Source: an uncultured Gemmatimonadales bacterium (GTDB lineage: Bacteria; Gemmatimonadota; Gemmatimonadetes; Palauibacterales; Palauibacteraceae). From it: 64,000 nucleotides of DNA. This document shows positions 51,839 through 62,109 of the stretch, piece after piece. The notes under the pieces are model-generated. The model was not told the origin of the DNA. It saw only the letters and a program-made list of their open reading frames with translations, and did not search any database. The DNA is taken from NCBI GenBank assembly GCA_963783385.1, contig CAWANJ010000002.1, positions 64,001-128,000 on the forward strand, written 5' to 3'. Position numbers and translations under genes: made by a program. The number at the start of each line of letters is the position of its first letter. Position 1 is the first letter of the stretch.

Positions 51839-53383
51839 CTACCTCAGGTCCTGCTCGCTCCAGCTGTAGTGGACCGTGTACTCGAGCGTGGCGCGGCCCC
51901 GTGCCGGCACCGTGATCCTCCACTCGGCGTGCTCCGCGTCCGGCTTCTCGTGCCGGGCCGGCTTCCCGTCCACCGACTCCGCGGTGATCCTCCACTCGTG
52001 CCACCGGAACATGCGCTCGGTGACACGCACCTCGACCGGTTCCTTCTTGGCGCTCCGCAGCGTGATCTGGTAGCTCTCCTCCAGGCTGTAGGCGTCCGGC
52101 CGGCGAAAGTCCGTGCGGGTGCGCTCGGCCGTGAGGTCGAAGGCGCGGCCCAGCGGGAGGCGGACCGTGTCCCCGACCATGAGGTCGGGCACCGGGGCCT
52201 CGCCGGCGAGCAGCGTGGAGCCGTCCTCGTCCTCCTCGTAGATGCGGGCGCGGCCCGCCGGCAGCGGCCGGTCGATCGGGGTGTGTTCGCCGGAGGCCAG
52301 CTCCAGGACGGCCTCGACGTGGGTCCGGCCCGAGCTCCCGCCCGGTTGGGTCTGGGTGATGGGGCGGGTCGACCCGTACCCGTAGGCCTCGCCTCCGTCG
52401 TACAGGTAGAGCTTGCGGGTGGGCACGTCGGAGGCGCGCAGGAGGAGGGCCCGCACGGTCTGGCCGTCCTCCAGCGACACGGTGCGCGGCAGCTCGAACA
52501 CGTGGTACTCGGAGAAGCTGCGCTCCTGGGCCTGTCCGGGGGCGGGCGCGGCCGCCTCCATGGCCTTGGCGCGTACGGCGTCCGCCAGGGCCTGGGGGCT
52601 TCCGGACCGGTTGAGCTCTCCTGCGATGAGCCGTACCCGGGCATCCGGCCAGCTCCGCCCCGCGCCGTCCCGCAGGTCGGCCCACGCCTCGAGCTCGAGG
52701 CTCCTGCCCGAGGGGGCGAGCGTGATCGCGTACTCGGCGTTCCAGGTGAGGCCCCCGGCCAGGTAGCGGGCCGTGGCGGTGGTTTCGCCGCCCCGCGCCG
52801 AGCGAACGGTCCACGTGACGGCCGGGGCGAGCCGCAGGCCCGCGGGCAGGCCCGGGAGGAGGAGCTGGCGGACCTGGCCGGGGACCAGGGAGACGATCGT
52901 GCCGTCCTCCTTCCTCAGGAGGAGCCCGCCCGACGCCGAGACCAGGGTGGCCCGCAGCGTGTCGCCACCCGCCAGGACCAGGACGACCGCGCGCCCCACC
53001 GACGCGCGGAGCAGGTCGCCCATGTCCGCGCCGCCGGGAAGGCTGCGTTGCTCCACGACGCTGGCCGTCGACCCGTCCGGGAACAGGAGCGAGAGGCTGG
53101 AGAAGTCCAGCGCGGACGGTGGCGCTCCCCAGGTGATCCGGCCCTCCCCCTCCGGAAGGCGGAAGCGCAGGGCCTCCCGCACGAGGGCCGGGCCGCCCGG
53201 GTAGATCGCGATGTCGGCGCCGGAGGCGGCAGTGGCGCCGGTGGCCTCCGGCCCGGCTTGCTGCGCCACCGCCGGTCCGAGCGGGGCGAGGGCCGCGGCA
53301 GCCAGAGTCACGAGTGCCGCTCCGGCGAGCGAGATCGAGGCTGCGGCGAGGCGCGGCGCGCTACCGGGGCTCCCTGTGGGCAT
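51839..53383 (-). CDS. DUF4139/DUF4140 domain secreted protein
   Basis: IAIYPGGPALVRE, YLAGGLTWNAEY, SEYHVFEL, PLPAGRARIY, LGRAFDL. Confidence 0.88.
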   Translation of the reverse strand: MPTGSPGSAPRLAAASISLAGAALVTLAAAALAPLGPAVAQQAGPEATGATAASGADIAIYPGGPALVREALRFRLPEGEGRITWGAPPSALDFSSLSLLFPDGSTASVVEQRSLPGGADMGDLLRASVGRAVVLVLAGGDTLRATLVSASGGLLLRKEDGTIVSLVPGQVRQLLLPGLPAGLRLAPAVTWTVRSARGGETTATARYLAGGLTWNAEYAITLAPSGRSLELEAWADLRDGAGRSWPDARVRLIAGELNRSGSPQALADAVRAKAMEAAAPAPGQAQERSFSEYHVFELPRTVSLEDGQTVRALLLRASDVPTRKLYLYDGGEAYGYGSTRPITQTQPGGSSGRTHVEAVLELASGEHTPIDRPLPAGRARIYEEDEDGSTLLAGEAPVPDLMVGDTVRLPLGRAFDLTAERTRTDFRRPDAYSLEESYQITLRSAKKEPVEVRVTERMFRWHEWRITAESVDGKPARHEKPDAEHAEWRITVPARGRATLEYTVHYSWSEQDLR

Positions 53384-53513
53384 GATCTCCTCCGCGAGGC
53401 CGGGTGGGATGAGGCGTCGGTGAAGCGCTGGCGATCCTTACCCCGACGCGAGCGGTGGGGTCGGGGTCACCGGCTGTTCCTCTCCCACGAGGGGACCGGT
53501 CGCACGGCCCGCC

Positions 53514-54917
53514 TCAGAGCTCCTTGACCTCCCGCACCAGGTCCCCCAGCGAGTCCGCCGCGTCCCCGAACAGCATGGAGTTGTTCGGCAGGAAGAAGAG
53601 CGGGTTGTCGACGCCGGCGAAGCCCGGGTTCAGGCTCCGCTTCAGGACGATGCACTGGCTGGCCCGGTCGACCTCGACGATCGGCATCCCCGCGATCGGG
53701 CTCGTCGGGTCGTCGCGCGCGGCCGGGTTCACGACGTCGTTGGCGCCCACCACCAGCGCCACGTCCGTGTCGGCCATCTCCGGATTCACGTCCTCGATCT
53801 CGTACAGCTGGTCGTAGGGGACGTTGGCCTCCGCCAGCAGCACGTTCATATGACCGGGCATGCGGCCGGCCACTGGATGGATGGCGTATTTCACGGTGAC
53901 GCCCTTGCGTCCCAGGAGGTCGCCCAGCTCGCGGAGCTTGTGCTGCGCCTGCGCGACGGCCAGCCCGTAGCCCGGCACCACTACGACCTGCCGGGCGTAG
54001 GCCAGCATCATGGCCGCCGACTCGGGATTGATCTCCCGGGCCGTGCGCTCGCCGCCCGGCCCGCCGCCCGAGGCCGCTTGTGGCCCGTCGCCTCCGCCGA
54101 ACGCCCCGAACAGGACGTTGGTCAGGGACCGGTTCATTCCCCGGCACATGATCCCGGTGAGGATGAGACCGGAGGCTCCCACCAGCGCGCCGCTGATGAT
54201 CAGCGACATGTTCTCGAGCACGAAGCCGGCCGCGGAGGCCGCCAGCCCCGAGTAGGAGTTGAGGAGCGCGATCACCACGGGCATGTCGGCGCCGCCGATC
54301 GGGATCACGACCAGCACGCCCAGGAGGAGGGAGGCGGCGATGAGGAAGTAGAACACGTCGACGCCGCCCGCCGGGGCGGACAGGGAGAGCCACGTCCCCG
54401 CCGCCAGCATGGCGATGAGGAGGATGAAGTTGGAGGTCTTCTGCAGCGGGTAGGTCACCGGCCTGTCCGTCACCAGCCCCTGCAGCTTCCCGAAGGCGAC
54501 GAAGCTGCCGGAGAGCGTGACGCTGCCGATGAGGACGCCGGCCATGATGGAGACGCCGTGCGCCACCTCGAGCCCCGAGCCCCCCTTGGCCAGCTCGAGG
54601 AAGTCCGCGATGGCCACCATGGCCGAGGCGCCCCCGCCGAAGCCGTTGAACACCGCCACCATCTGCGGCATGGCGGTCATGGGCACGCTCTGGGCCATGA
54701 TGAGGCCGATGGCGGACCCGAGGATGGCGCCGATCACGATCCACTCGAACGAGACCAGGTGCTCTCCCAGGAGCGTGGCCACAATGGCGATGAGCATGCC
54801 GAGCGCCGCGATGGCGTTGCCGCCGCGCGCCGTCTCGGGGGAGGAGAGCTTCTGGAGGCCGACGATGAACAGGACGGCCGACAGGAGGTAGGCGAGCTGG
54901 AAGAGCGTCGAGCTCAT
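53514..54917 (-). CDS. pntB: NAD(P) transhydrogenase subunit beta
   Basis: MTAMPQMVA, IGGADMPVVIALLNSYSG, VPGYGLAVAQAQ, HPVAGRMPGHMNVLLAEA, GANDVVNPAA. Confidence 0.98.
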   Translation of the reverse strand: MSSTLFQLAYLLSAVLFIVGLQKLSSPETARGGNAIAALGMLIAIVATLLGEHLVSFEWIVIGAILGSAIGLIMAQSVPMTAMPQMVAVFNGFGGGASAMVAIADFLELAKGGSGLEVAHGVSIMAGVLIGSVTLSGSFVAFGKLQGLVTDRPVTYPLQKTSNFILLIAMLAAGTWLSLSAPAGGVDVFYFLIAASLLLGVLVVIPIGGADMPVVIALLNSYSGLAASAAGFVLENMSLIISGALVGASGLILTGIMCRGMNRSLTNVLFGAFGGGDGPQAASGGGPGGERTAREINPESAAMMLAYARQVVVVPGYGLAVAQAQHKLRELGDLLGRKGVTVKYAIHPVAGRMPGHMNVLLAEANVPYDQLYEIEDVNPEMADTDVALVVGANDVVNPAARDDPTSPIAGMPIVEVDRASQCIVLKRSLNPGFAGVDNPLFFLPNNSMLFGDAADSLGDLVREVKEL

Positions 54918-54920
54918 GAC

Positions 54921-55226
54921 CTAAGCCTCCGGCCGGTCGCCCGAGGGGCGGCGGTGGAACATCTTCAGCATCTTGTCGGTGACCAGGAAGCCGCCCACCA
55001 CGTTGATCGTGGCCATGGCCACCGCCGCCACCCCCAGCACGGTCATGAGGGTGTCCGACGCGGTGCCCGCGATCACCAGCGCCCCCACGATCGAGATGCC
55101 GGAGATGGCGTTCGAGCCGGACATCAGGGGCGTGTGCAGCGTGGGCGGCACCCTGGTGATCACCTGCCAGCCGACGAACATGGCCAGCACGAACACGTAG
55201 ACGCCGACCAGAAGCGGTCCGATCAT
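54921..55226 (-). CDS. pntA2: NAD(P) transhydrogenase subunit alpha part 2
   Basis: VPPTLHTPLMSGSNAISG, INVVGGFLVTDKMLKMF. Confidence 0.96.
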   Translation of the reverse strand: MIGPLLVGVYVFVLAMFVGWQVITRVPPTLHTPLMSGSNAISGISIVGALVIAGTASDTLMTVLGVAAVAMATINVVGGFLVTDKMLKMFHRRPSGDRPEA

Positions 55227-55272
55227 CCGCCCTCCTCTATGGTTGCCGGCCGCGGCGCGTACGACGTCGCGG

Positions 55273-56397
55273 TCATGGCTGGAAGCGCACCTGTCCGTCG
55301 TGGACGACGCAGATGGCGTTGGTGATCTCGTCTTCGAGGTCGATGACGGCTTCACCCTCCGGAGCCAGGTGCCCCAGGAGCGTGACGACCGTGCGGGCGT
55401 ACATCTGGCTCGCGTGGTAGGGCAGCGAGGCGGCCAGGTTGAGGGGGCCGTGGATCTTGACGCCCGCGTGCACCACGGTCTCTCCCGGGGCGGTGAGCTC
55501 GCAGTTGCCCCCCGCCGGCGCCGCCATGTCGACCACGACCGAGCCCGGGGCCATGCCCTCGACCATCGCCCGGGTGAGGAGCAGGGGGGCCCGTCCACCG
55601 GGGACGAGCGCGGTGGTGATCACGACGTCGGAGGCCGCGACGTGCTCGGCTATGACCTCCTGCTCGCGGGCACGCTCCTCTTCGCTGACCTCGCGGGCGT
55701 AGCCGCCCTCGGTCTCGGCTTCCTCCTTCACTTCCTCGGCGGCCACGAACGAGGCGCCGAGGCTCTCCACCTGCTCCCTTGCGGCCGGCCGAATGTCGAA
55801 CGCCTCGACCTTGGCTCCGAGCCGGCGGGCCGTGGCGATGGCCTGCAGGCCCGCCACGCCCGCGCCCAGCACGAACACCTTCGCCGGGGCGATCGTGCCC
55901 GCCGCGGTCATCATCATCGGGAAGAACTTGACCGAGGTGTCCGCCCCCAGGAGCGCGGCCTTGTAGCCGGTCACCGTGCTCATGGCGGAGAGCACGTCCA
56001 TGCTCTGCGCCCGCGTGATTCGCGGCATGAGCTCCATGGCCAGCGCCGTCACGCCCCGCTCGGCGAGCCGTTGCAGGAGGTCGCCGTTCCGATGCGGATC
56101 CAGCAGGCCGATGAGGATGGAGCCGGTCGGGAGCTCGGCGATCTCATCCGGCCCCCCTTCCGTCCGACGTGGCGGTCCGACCCGCGCCACGACCCGGGCG
56201 CCTCCCATCAGGGAGCCCGCGCCGGTCACCTCCGCGCCCGCCTCCCGGTAGGCGGCGTCGGTGAAGCTGGCCGCCAGTCCGGCCTCTTCCTGGACCGCCA
56301 CCTCGTGGCCGGCCTTGACGAGCTTGCCCGCTGCATCGGGCGTCAACGCCACCCGGGTCTCGCCCGGGGCCGTCTCCATGGGAACGGCGATTCGCAT
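55273..56397 (-). CDS. pntA1: NAD(P) transhydrogenase subunit alpha part 1
   Basis: ETRVALTP, PRITRAQSMDVLS, GAGVAGLQA, GGYA, ITTALVPG, GGNC. Confidence 0.97.
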   Translation of the reverse strand: MRIAVPMETAPGETRVALTPDAAGKLVKAGHEVAVQEEAGLAASFTDAAYREAGAEVTGAGSLMGGARVVARVGPPRRTEGGPDEIAELPTGSILIGLLDPHRNGDLLQRLAERGVTALAMELMPRITRAQSMDVLSAMSTVTGYKAALLGADTSVKFFPMMMTAAGTIAPAKVFVLGAGVAGLQAIATARRLGAKVEAFDIRPAAREQVESLGASFVAAEEVKEEAETEGGYAREVSEEERAREQEVIAEHVAASDVVITTALVPGGRAPLLLTRAMVEGMAPGSVVVDMAAPAGGNCELTAPGETVVHAGVKIHGPLNLAASLPYHASQMYARTVVTLLGHLAPEGEAVIDLEDEITNAICVVHDGQVRFQP

Positions 56398-56623
56398 CTC
56401 CACCTTCTTCCTGTTCGGTCGCGTGAGCCGGCGGACCGGCGTGGAGCACGCTACGGTCCCGGCGCCGGGCGTTCAACGCCCCCGGCGTCGGGACGTGACG
56501 GTCATCGGGGCACGGACGGCCCGAAGCTACCGTCGGCTGCCGCTATCGTCTGTCCGGCAAAGAGTGCATGGGGCGGTGGGGAAGCCGCGCAGGCCCGTGT
56601 AGGGCGTTTCCCCGCTCGGGACC

Positions 56624-56833
56624 TCAGGCTTCCAGCGAGAACCACACGCGCAATCGCACCTGGAATTCCGTGACATCGCCCTGACCAATGTGGCCCCGCT
56701 GCTCCACGACCTCGAACCAGCGCAGGTCGCGCATCGTCTCCGAGGCTCTCCGGACCGCGCGGCGCGTGGCGTCGGCGTAGCTATCCGGCGAGGTGCCCAC
56801 CAGCTCGATCGACTTGTACGTGGCACCGGACAT
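56624..56833 (-). CDS. Dodecin (flavin-binding)
   Basis: TYKSIELVGTS..A..RASETMRDLRWFEVVEQRG..FQVRLRVWFSL. Confidence 0.93.
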   Translation of the reverse strand: MSGATYKSIELVGTSPDSYADATRRAVRRASETMRDLRWFEVVEQRGHIGQGDVTEFQVRLRVWFSLEA

Positions 56834-56947
56834 GGAGAGGTTCCTCCGCGGAAGGGGTCGTTTCAGGTTCCGGGCTCCGATCCGACGCGGCAGGATGGCG
56901 GCGGACGGGGTGAGGCCGCAACCGGACGAACAGGGCAGGGGGCTTCG

Positions 56948-57652
56948 TTGGCACAGCTGACCAGGCATCAGATGGGGGCGTCCCTCCTGGAGGCGCTCCG
57001 GCAGGCCGGGCTCGGAGTCCGCGACCTGTTCGAGGGCAGGCAGGAGCCGCTGTCGTGGTTCTTCCGAGGGCTGGCCTACGACCAGTCCGAGCTCGACATC
57101 CTCGAATCGGGGGCGGTCGACGTCCTGCACTCTCCGTCGGCGCTGGTGGAGCTGGCCGTGGACGAGATGGCCCTGGCGTGCGCCAACCTGGGTGCCGAGG
57201 GCGTGGCCGGTTACCTGGCCGTGCCGCCCGCCGCCGGAGCCGACGGACCGCCGGACGCCGTGGATCCGGCCGGACTCCTGCTTCACCCCGATGTGAGGCT
57301 GGGCTGGATGAACCTCGATGTGGCTCCGCCCGCGCTGTGGCTGGAGCGCCGGGACTCCGATCCGGACTCGGACGAGCTCCTGGCCAGTCGGCTGGCGCGG
57401 CTCGCCCAGGAGACGGGCGAGGACGCGGACTCGGTGGAGGTGCACATCGAGGGCGCCCTGGAGACGGAGGGCGCGTGGGCGGAGGCCCCGGCGGGCGTCC
57501 GCCCGGCCGGCGTGTCGGTCTACTTCAGCTTCGAGCTTCCCAGGGTCACCGAGGAGCCCGGGGAGCGAGAGCTGGCCCGCGTGTTCGAGCGAGGGGCCGC
57601 CACCGCATTGGCGGCGCTGGAGCGCATGCGCTCGATCTTCTGGGGCGACTGA
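56948..57652 (+). CDS. Hypothetical acidic cytoplasmic protein
   Basis: Host-like GC3 codon usage; fills the gap between dodecin and dsbA; start uncertain (TTG 56948 or ATG near 56972). Confidence 0.7.
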   Translation: MAQLTRHQMGASLLEALRQAGLGVRDLFEGRQEPLSWFFRGLAYDQSELDILESGAVDVLHSPSALVELAVDEMALACANLGAEGVAGYLAVPPAAGADGPPDAVDPAGLLLHPDVRLGWMNLDVAPPALWLERRDSDPDSDELLASRLARLAQETGEDADSVEVHIEGALETEGAWAEAPAGVRPAGVSVYFSFELPRVTEEPGERELARVFERGAATALAALERMRSIFWGD

Positions 57653-57656
57653 GGCG

Positions 57657-58433
57657 TCAGCCGGCCGGCGCCTCCCTCTTGTTCGAATCGCCCGGCGCCT
57701 TCCCCTTCCCGGAATCGGCCGGTGTCTTGCCGGCGCCCGCCTTGCCCGGACTCGCCGTGCCGCCGCGCTTGGCGATCAGGGAGTCGAGGACGCCCTTGAA
57801 CTTGGCGAACGGCGCGGCGCCCTCCATGGAGATCGAGTCCCCGATGATGAAGAAGGGCGTCCCGTTCACGCCGACCCGGGTCACGCTGGCCAGGTCGCGC
57901 ACCTGGAGCGGGGACGGGCGATCCTCCTCCAGGCATTGCCGGTAGGAGGTGGAGTCGATCCCCAGATCCTCCGCGTACTTCATGAAGAAGTCCACCGGGG
58001 TGTCGGACTTGGCCCACTCGTCCTGGTTCCGGAACAGCATGTCGTGCATGGGCCAGAACTTCCCCACCGCCCCCGCGCAGAAGCTCGCCTCGATGGCCGG
58101 CCATGAGTGTACGTGCCGGGGGTTGGGGAAGGAGATCCACAGGTACTGGATCTTCCCCGTCTTCACGTAGGCGCTGTCGATCTTCGGATACGTCTCGTCG
58201 AAGTACTGCTTGCAGTAGGGGCACTGGAAGTCGGAGACCTCGATCATCCGCAGCGGCGCCGACGTGTCGCCCTTCACCCGGGCCCGGTCCGCCCGTTGCA
58301 TGATCACCGACACGTCGGACGGGACCACCGAGCCGTCGGGCGTGGTCTGTGCGTTCCCGTCCTTGTCGGCGCAGCCGGAGGCGACCAGGGGGAGAAGCGT
58401 GAACAGGAGGAGTGCCAGGCGGCGTCGGGGCAT
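57657..58433 (-). CDS. DsbA family thiol-disulfide oxidoreductase lipoprotein
   Basis: Lipobox ASGC; SDFQCPYC, GKFWPMHDMLF, GVNGTPFFII. Confidence 0.92.
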   Translation of the reverse strand: MPRRRLALLLFTLLPLVASGCADKDGNAQTTPDGSVVPSDVSVIMQRADRARVKGDTSAPLRMIEVSDFQCPYCKQYFDETYPKIDSAYVKTGKIQYLWISFPNPRHVHSWPAIEASFCAGAVGKFWPMHDMLFRNQDEWAKSDTPVDFFMKYAEDLGIDSTSYRQCLEEDRPSPLQVRDLASVTRVGVNGTPFFIIGDSISMEGAAPFAKFKGVLDSLIAKRGGTASPGKAGAGKTPADSGKGKAPGDSNKREAPAG

Positions 58434-58733
58434 GGGATGGCGTCCCTCGTCGGGGGATGCGAAGCGGCGCTTCGGAGATCGGCCGGGCGCCGTGCGTCGC
58501 AGCAGTTTAACCCGCTCGCCCCGGGCCGTCCAACGCGGGCGCGGCGAGCGGCCGGTCGCCCGAGTCGCCACCCGTGGCGACTCGGGGGCGGGCCGTGGCA
58601 GTTTGGGGCCCCGTCGGACGGGTGGGGGCAGGGAGCCCGGCTCCTTCGGGCTCCCGGCGTTCAGCAGGGAGGAGGGGATGGTGGTCGGCTTCGAGGAACG
58701 GGCGGCACGGGGCGCAGCGCGAGGACGGGGAGG

Positions 58734-59117
58734 ATGGTGAGCGGAGAGGGGGAGTCCACGGTGCCGGCCCTGTTGTATGCGAGCGGGGAGGGGACGCCCG
58801 TCGACCTGCGGGTCCTCCATCACTCCCGCGGTCGCCGGATTCGGCGCGCCGCGGCCGGGCTGGGCCTGCTGTGGCTCCTCGCGGCCGTGGCGGTCTTCAT
58901 CCCGATCGCACACCTGATCCTCGTCCCGGGCCTATTCTTCGGCGGGATCGGGCTGTTCATCGTGCGCTGGAGGCGCCGGAGCCGGTTCGAGGCCTTCGAG
59001 GCGACCTGTCCGACGTGTGGGGCGCGGGCGTCCTTCGACCTGGAGGAGGCGGCCGAGCTGCCGCTCCGGCTCCACTGCTCCTCCTGTGACGCGGCCCTCA
59101 CCCTCAAGTCGAGGTAG
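58734..59117 (+). CDS. Two-TM protein with C-terminal zinc ribbon
   Basis: GGAGG RBS; VFIPIAHLILVP; CPTC..CSSC. Confidence 0.8.
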   Translation: MVSGEGESTVPALLYASGEGTPVDLRVLHHSRGRRIRRAAAGLGLLWLLAAVAVFIPIAHLILVPGLFFGGIGLFIVRWRRRSRFEAFEATCPTCGARASFDLEEAAELPLRLHCSSCDAALTLKSR

Positions 59118-59198
59118 CGCCGGGCCGAACGCCCCACGGGGAGCCGATCGGTCGGGGACGGCGGCGCGCGAACCGGTCGGCGATGGATGCCGGGGCGC

Positions 59199-60713
59199 TC
59201 AGCTGCCGACCAGCGCCTCCCATGCGCGATCCAGGGCCTCGTACGCACCCCGCACGTGCTCCTCCCGCGTCAGATACGAGCCCACGGCGAGGCGGAGCAC
59301 CGTTCGCCCGCCCAGGGCCGTATGGGACAGGAACACGCGCCCCTCGCGGTTCACCCTCTCCATGATGCGCCGGGTCAGCGCGTCCGCCTCCTCCCCGCCG
59401 GCCTCCGGGTCGAAGGCGCCCGGGGCATCGGGCGCCGGGCGCCGCTGCCCCGGCCCCAGCGCGCGGAAGCACACCGTCGAGAAGGAGGGCGGAGCCGCCA
59501 GCGTGAAGCGGGGGTCCTCCCGGATCCAGCCCGCGAACGCCTCGGCCCAGGCGATGTGCCGTCGCAGGAGGGCCCTGAGGCCCTCGGCGCCGTGCCACCG
59601 GATCAGGAACCACAGCTTCAGCGCCCGGAAGCGCCGCCCCATCGACAGGCCGTAGTCGTGGAGGTTCACCTCGGCCTCGTCGTCGCTCGTCAGGTACTCG
59701 GGCGTGAGCGCCAGGGACGCCCGGAAGGGATCGGGGTCCCGGAACAGGAGCAGGCTGCAGTCCACCGGCGTGGCCAGCCACTTGTGCGGATTCAGGACGA
59801 TGGAGTCGGCCCGCTCCCAGCCGGAGAACCGGGGCCGCTGTTCCGGCAGCATGGCGGCGGGCCCCGCGTACGCCGCGTCGACGTGCAGCCACACCCCGTG
59901 CGCCTCGCACAGCTCCGCGATGGGGCCGGCCGGGTCGACGCTCGCCGTGGACGTGGTGCCGATGGTGGCGCCCACCATGACGGGCCGGATTCCGGCGCGC
60001 TCGTCCTCGAGCAGCGCCCGCTCCAGCGCGTCCGGCTGCATCCGGTACGACCGGTCCGCCGCGATCCGGCGGACACCCCGCTGGCCGAGACCAGCGGCGA
60101 TGGCCGCCTTCTCGAGGGAGGAGTGGCCGTGATCGGAGATGTACAGGCGCAGGGGCGGCAGGTCGTCCCTCCCCGTCAGTCCGCGCACCCGGGCGTCCAC
60201 TCCCGCGGCCTCGCGAGCGGCGAGCAGCGCCGTGAAGCTGCTCTGCGACGCGGTGTCCTGGATCACGCCCCGGAAGTCCGGGGGAAGCCCCACGAGCTGC
60301 CGCAGCCAGTCGGCCATTCGCGTCTCGAGCTCGGTGGCCACCGGCGATGTCCGCCACAGGATGGCGTTCTGGTTGAGCGCGGCCGCCACGAGCTCCGCCA
60401 GGATGGTCGGCGGCGCCGACGAGCTCGGGAAGTAGGCGAAGAAGCCCGGGTGGCACCAGTTCGTGAGCCCCGGCACCACCACCCGGTCCAGGTCGTCGAC
60501 CAGGGCGTCGAACGGCTCTCCCTCCTCCGGTGGGGCGACCGGCAGCAGGGCCGCAATCTCCCCCGGCTCGGCGCGCGAGAGTACCGGGAGCTTCTCGATC
60601 GTCTCCCGATAGCGCGCCACCCACTCCGCGGTTCGGCGCGCGGCGTCGCGGAACGCATTGGGGGCCATGTCCGGAGGCTCGCGCCCGACGTCCTCCGGGC
60701 CTTCGGGGCTCAC
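59199..60713 (-). CDS. Group II PLP-dependent aromatic-L-amino-acid decarboxylase
   Basis: PGLTNWCHPGFFAYFP, SPVATELE, HSSLEKA, GTTSTASVD, HVDAAYAG, NPHKW, GRRFRALKLW. Confidence 0.93.
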   Translation of the reverse strand: MSPEGPEDVGREPPDMAPNAFRDAARRTAEWVARYRETIEKLPVLSRAEPGEIAALLPVAPPEEGEPFDALVDDLDRVVVPGLTNWCHPGFFAYFPSSSAPPTILAELVAAALNQNAILWRTSPVATELETRMADWLRQLVGLPPDFRGVIQDTASQSSFTALLAAREAAGVDARVRGLTGRDDLPPLRLYISDHGHSSLEKAAIAAGLGQRGVRRIAADRSYRMQPDALERALLEDERAGIRPVMVGATIGTTSTASVDPAGPIAELCEAHGVWLHVDAAYAGPAAMLPEQRPRFSGWERADSIVLNPHKWLATPVDCSLLLFRDPDPFRASLALTPEYLTSDDEAEVNLHDYGLSMGRRFRALKLWFLIRWHGAEGLRALLRRHIAWAEAFAGWIREDPRFTLAAPPSFSTVCFRALGPGQRRPAPDAPGAFDPEAGGEEADALTRRIMERVNREGRVFLSHTALGGRTVLRLAVGSYLTREEHVRGAYEALDRAWEALVGS

Positions 60714-61729
60714 CGCGGCCTCCCGGCCGTCGGGGCGTCGGCCTCCGCGCCCGTCCTGGAGCGGACGGCCGTGATCAGGTGGCGGTCTTCGTCCAGGCGC
60801 CGGAAGCGGGCGGCGGTCAGTCCCGCGTGCGCGAGCCACGCCTCGTAGGTGGACCGGTCGTAGGTGTCGCCACCGTGCCGGCTGTTGAGGAGCATGGTGA
60901 CCGCGAACAGGGCCGCGAACGGCGACTGGCCCCGCACGAAGTCCAGGATGGCGACGAGCCCGCCCGGCCGGAGCACGCCGGCCGCGTCGGCCACGAGGCG
61001 CGCGTTCGTGGGCTCGTCGTAGATGTGCGTGATGTTTCCGATGAAGACGACGTCGAATTCGCCCTCGGGGAAGGGATCGAGGAAGTCGCCCGCGCGCAGC
61101 TCGACGCGCGGTTCCCCGTCCAGGCCGTACGCTCCGCGCACGTGCTCGATGACCTCGGGCTGGTCGAACAGCACGGCCCGGAGCCCGCGCCGCGCGAACG
61201 CCCGGGAGAAGGTCCCCGGGCCGCCTCCGAGGTCCAGCACGGTCCGGGCGTCGGGGACCCGCTCCAGGCAGGCGTCGACCGCGGCCTCCACCAGCCGGGG
61301 GCCCTTGTTGGCCATGGCCGCCATGAACGCCGCCAGACCCTCCGGGGACCGCCCGTCGGGCCCGACCTGGGGCGCCCCCGTTCGCACCGCCCGGGGAAGC
61401 CCGTCGGTCCAGCGCCGGATGCTGCGAAGCCAGAACCGGAGGGCATCGCCCTCGAAGTCCGGAGTGTCCCGGTCCAGCAGGCGGGCTCGCCCGATGCCGG
61501 TGAGGCTGGCGCCCTCCGGACCGGAGCGGACCAGGTCGAGCTCCTCGAGGGCGCCGAGCAGGATCCGGACGCCGCGGTTGGAGAGATCCAGACGGCTGGC
61601 CAGCGCCTCCGCCGTGGCCGGCCCCTCCGCCAGCGCCGACACGAGATCCAGCTCGAGGGCGGTCGCGGCCACCATCGCCCACTCCGCGCCCCGTCGGCCG
61701 GCGGCCAGGTCGCCCGGTCCCGGGCTCAA
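60710..61729 (-). CDS. O-methyltransferase (COMT/ASMT-type, dimerisation domain plus Methyltransf_2)
   Basis: ALELDLVSAL..ATAEALA, FMAAMA, LDLGGGPG, FDQPEV, AGDFL, NITHIY, LRPGG. Confidence 0.9.
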   Translation of the reverse strand: MSPGPGDLAAGRRGAEWAMVAATALELDLVSALAEGPATAEALASRLDLSNRGVRILLGALEELDLVRSGPEGASLTGIGRARLLDRDTPDFEGDALRFWLRSIRRWTDGLPRAVRTGAPQVGPDGRSPEGLAAFMAAMANKGPRLVEAAVDACLERVPDARTVLDLGGGPGTFSRAFARRGLRAVLFDQPEVIEHVRGAYGLDGEPRVELRAGDFLDPFPEGEFDVVFIGNITHIYDEPTNARLVADAAGVLRPGGLVAILDFVRGQSPFAALFAVTMLLNSRHGGDTYDRSTYEAWLAHAGLTAARFRRLDEDRHLITAVRSRTGAEADAPTAGRPR

Positions 61730-62109
61730 CCCGTCAGCCCCGGCGCCTGGTGGAGCACGAAGAACATCAGCGCCGCGCCCGCCAGCGACAGGTTCTTCAT
61801 GAAGTGCGCGAGCTCCGTCTGCTTGGCCCGGGGGTCCTCGATGGCCCAGAAGTCGTGCACGAACAGCGCGGCGGGGATCAGAAAGCCGATGAGGAGCCAC
61901 GTCCCGATCGGCACCACCCACCACAGGAGGATGCTGATCCCCCCGGCCAGGATCACGACTCCGCTGGCGGCCGTGAAGAAGCGCGGGGCCGGCACCCCTT
62001 TCGACCCGGCGTATTGCGCCATCGCCTCGAGCTCACCGAAGTGGTTGAGTCCCGACATGATGAAGATGAGCGAGAACAGTATGCGGCCGATCCAGAAAAG
62101 AGCTGTCAT
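61726..62109 (-). CDS. DoxX family membrane protein
   Basis: GRILFSLIFIMSGLNHF, HDFW, HFMKNLSLAGAAL. Confidence 0.92.
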   Translation of the reverse strand: MTALFWIGRILFSLIFIMSGLNHFGELEAMAQYAGSKGVPAPRFFTAASGVVILAGGISILLWWVVPIGTWLLIGFLIPAALFVHDFWAIEDPRAKQTELAHFMKNLSLAGAALMFFVLHQAPGLTG

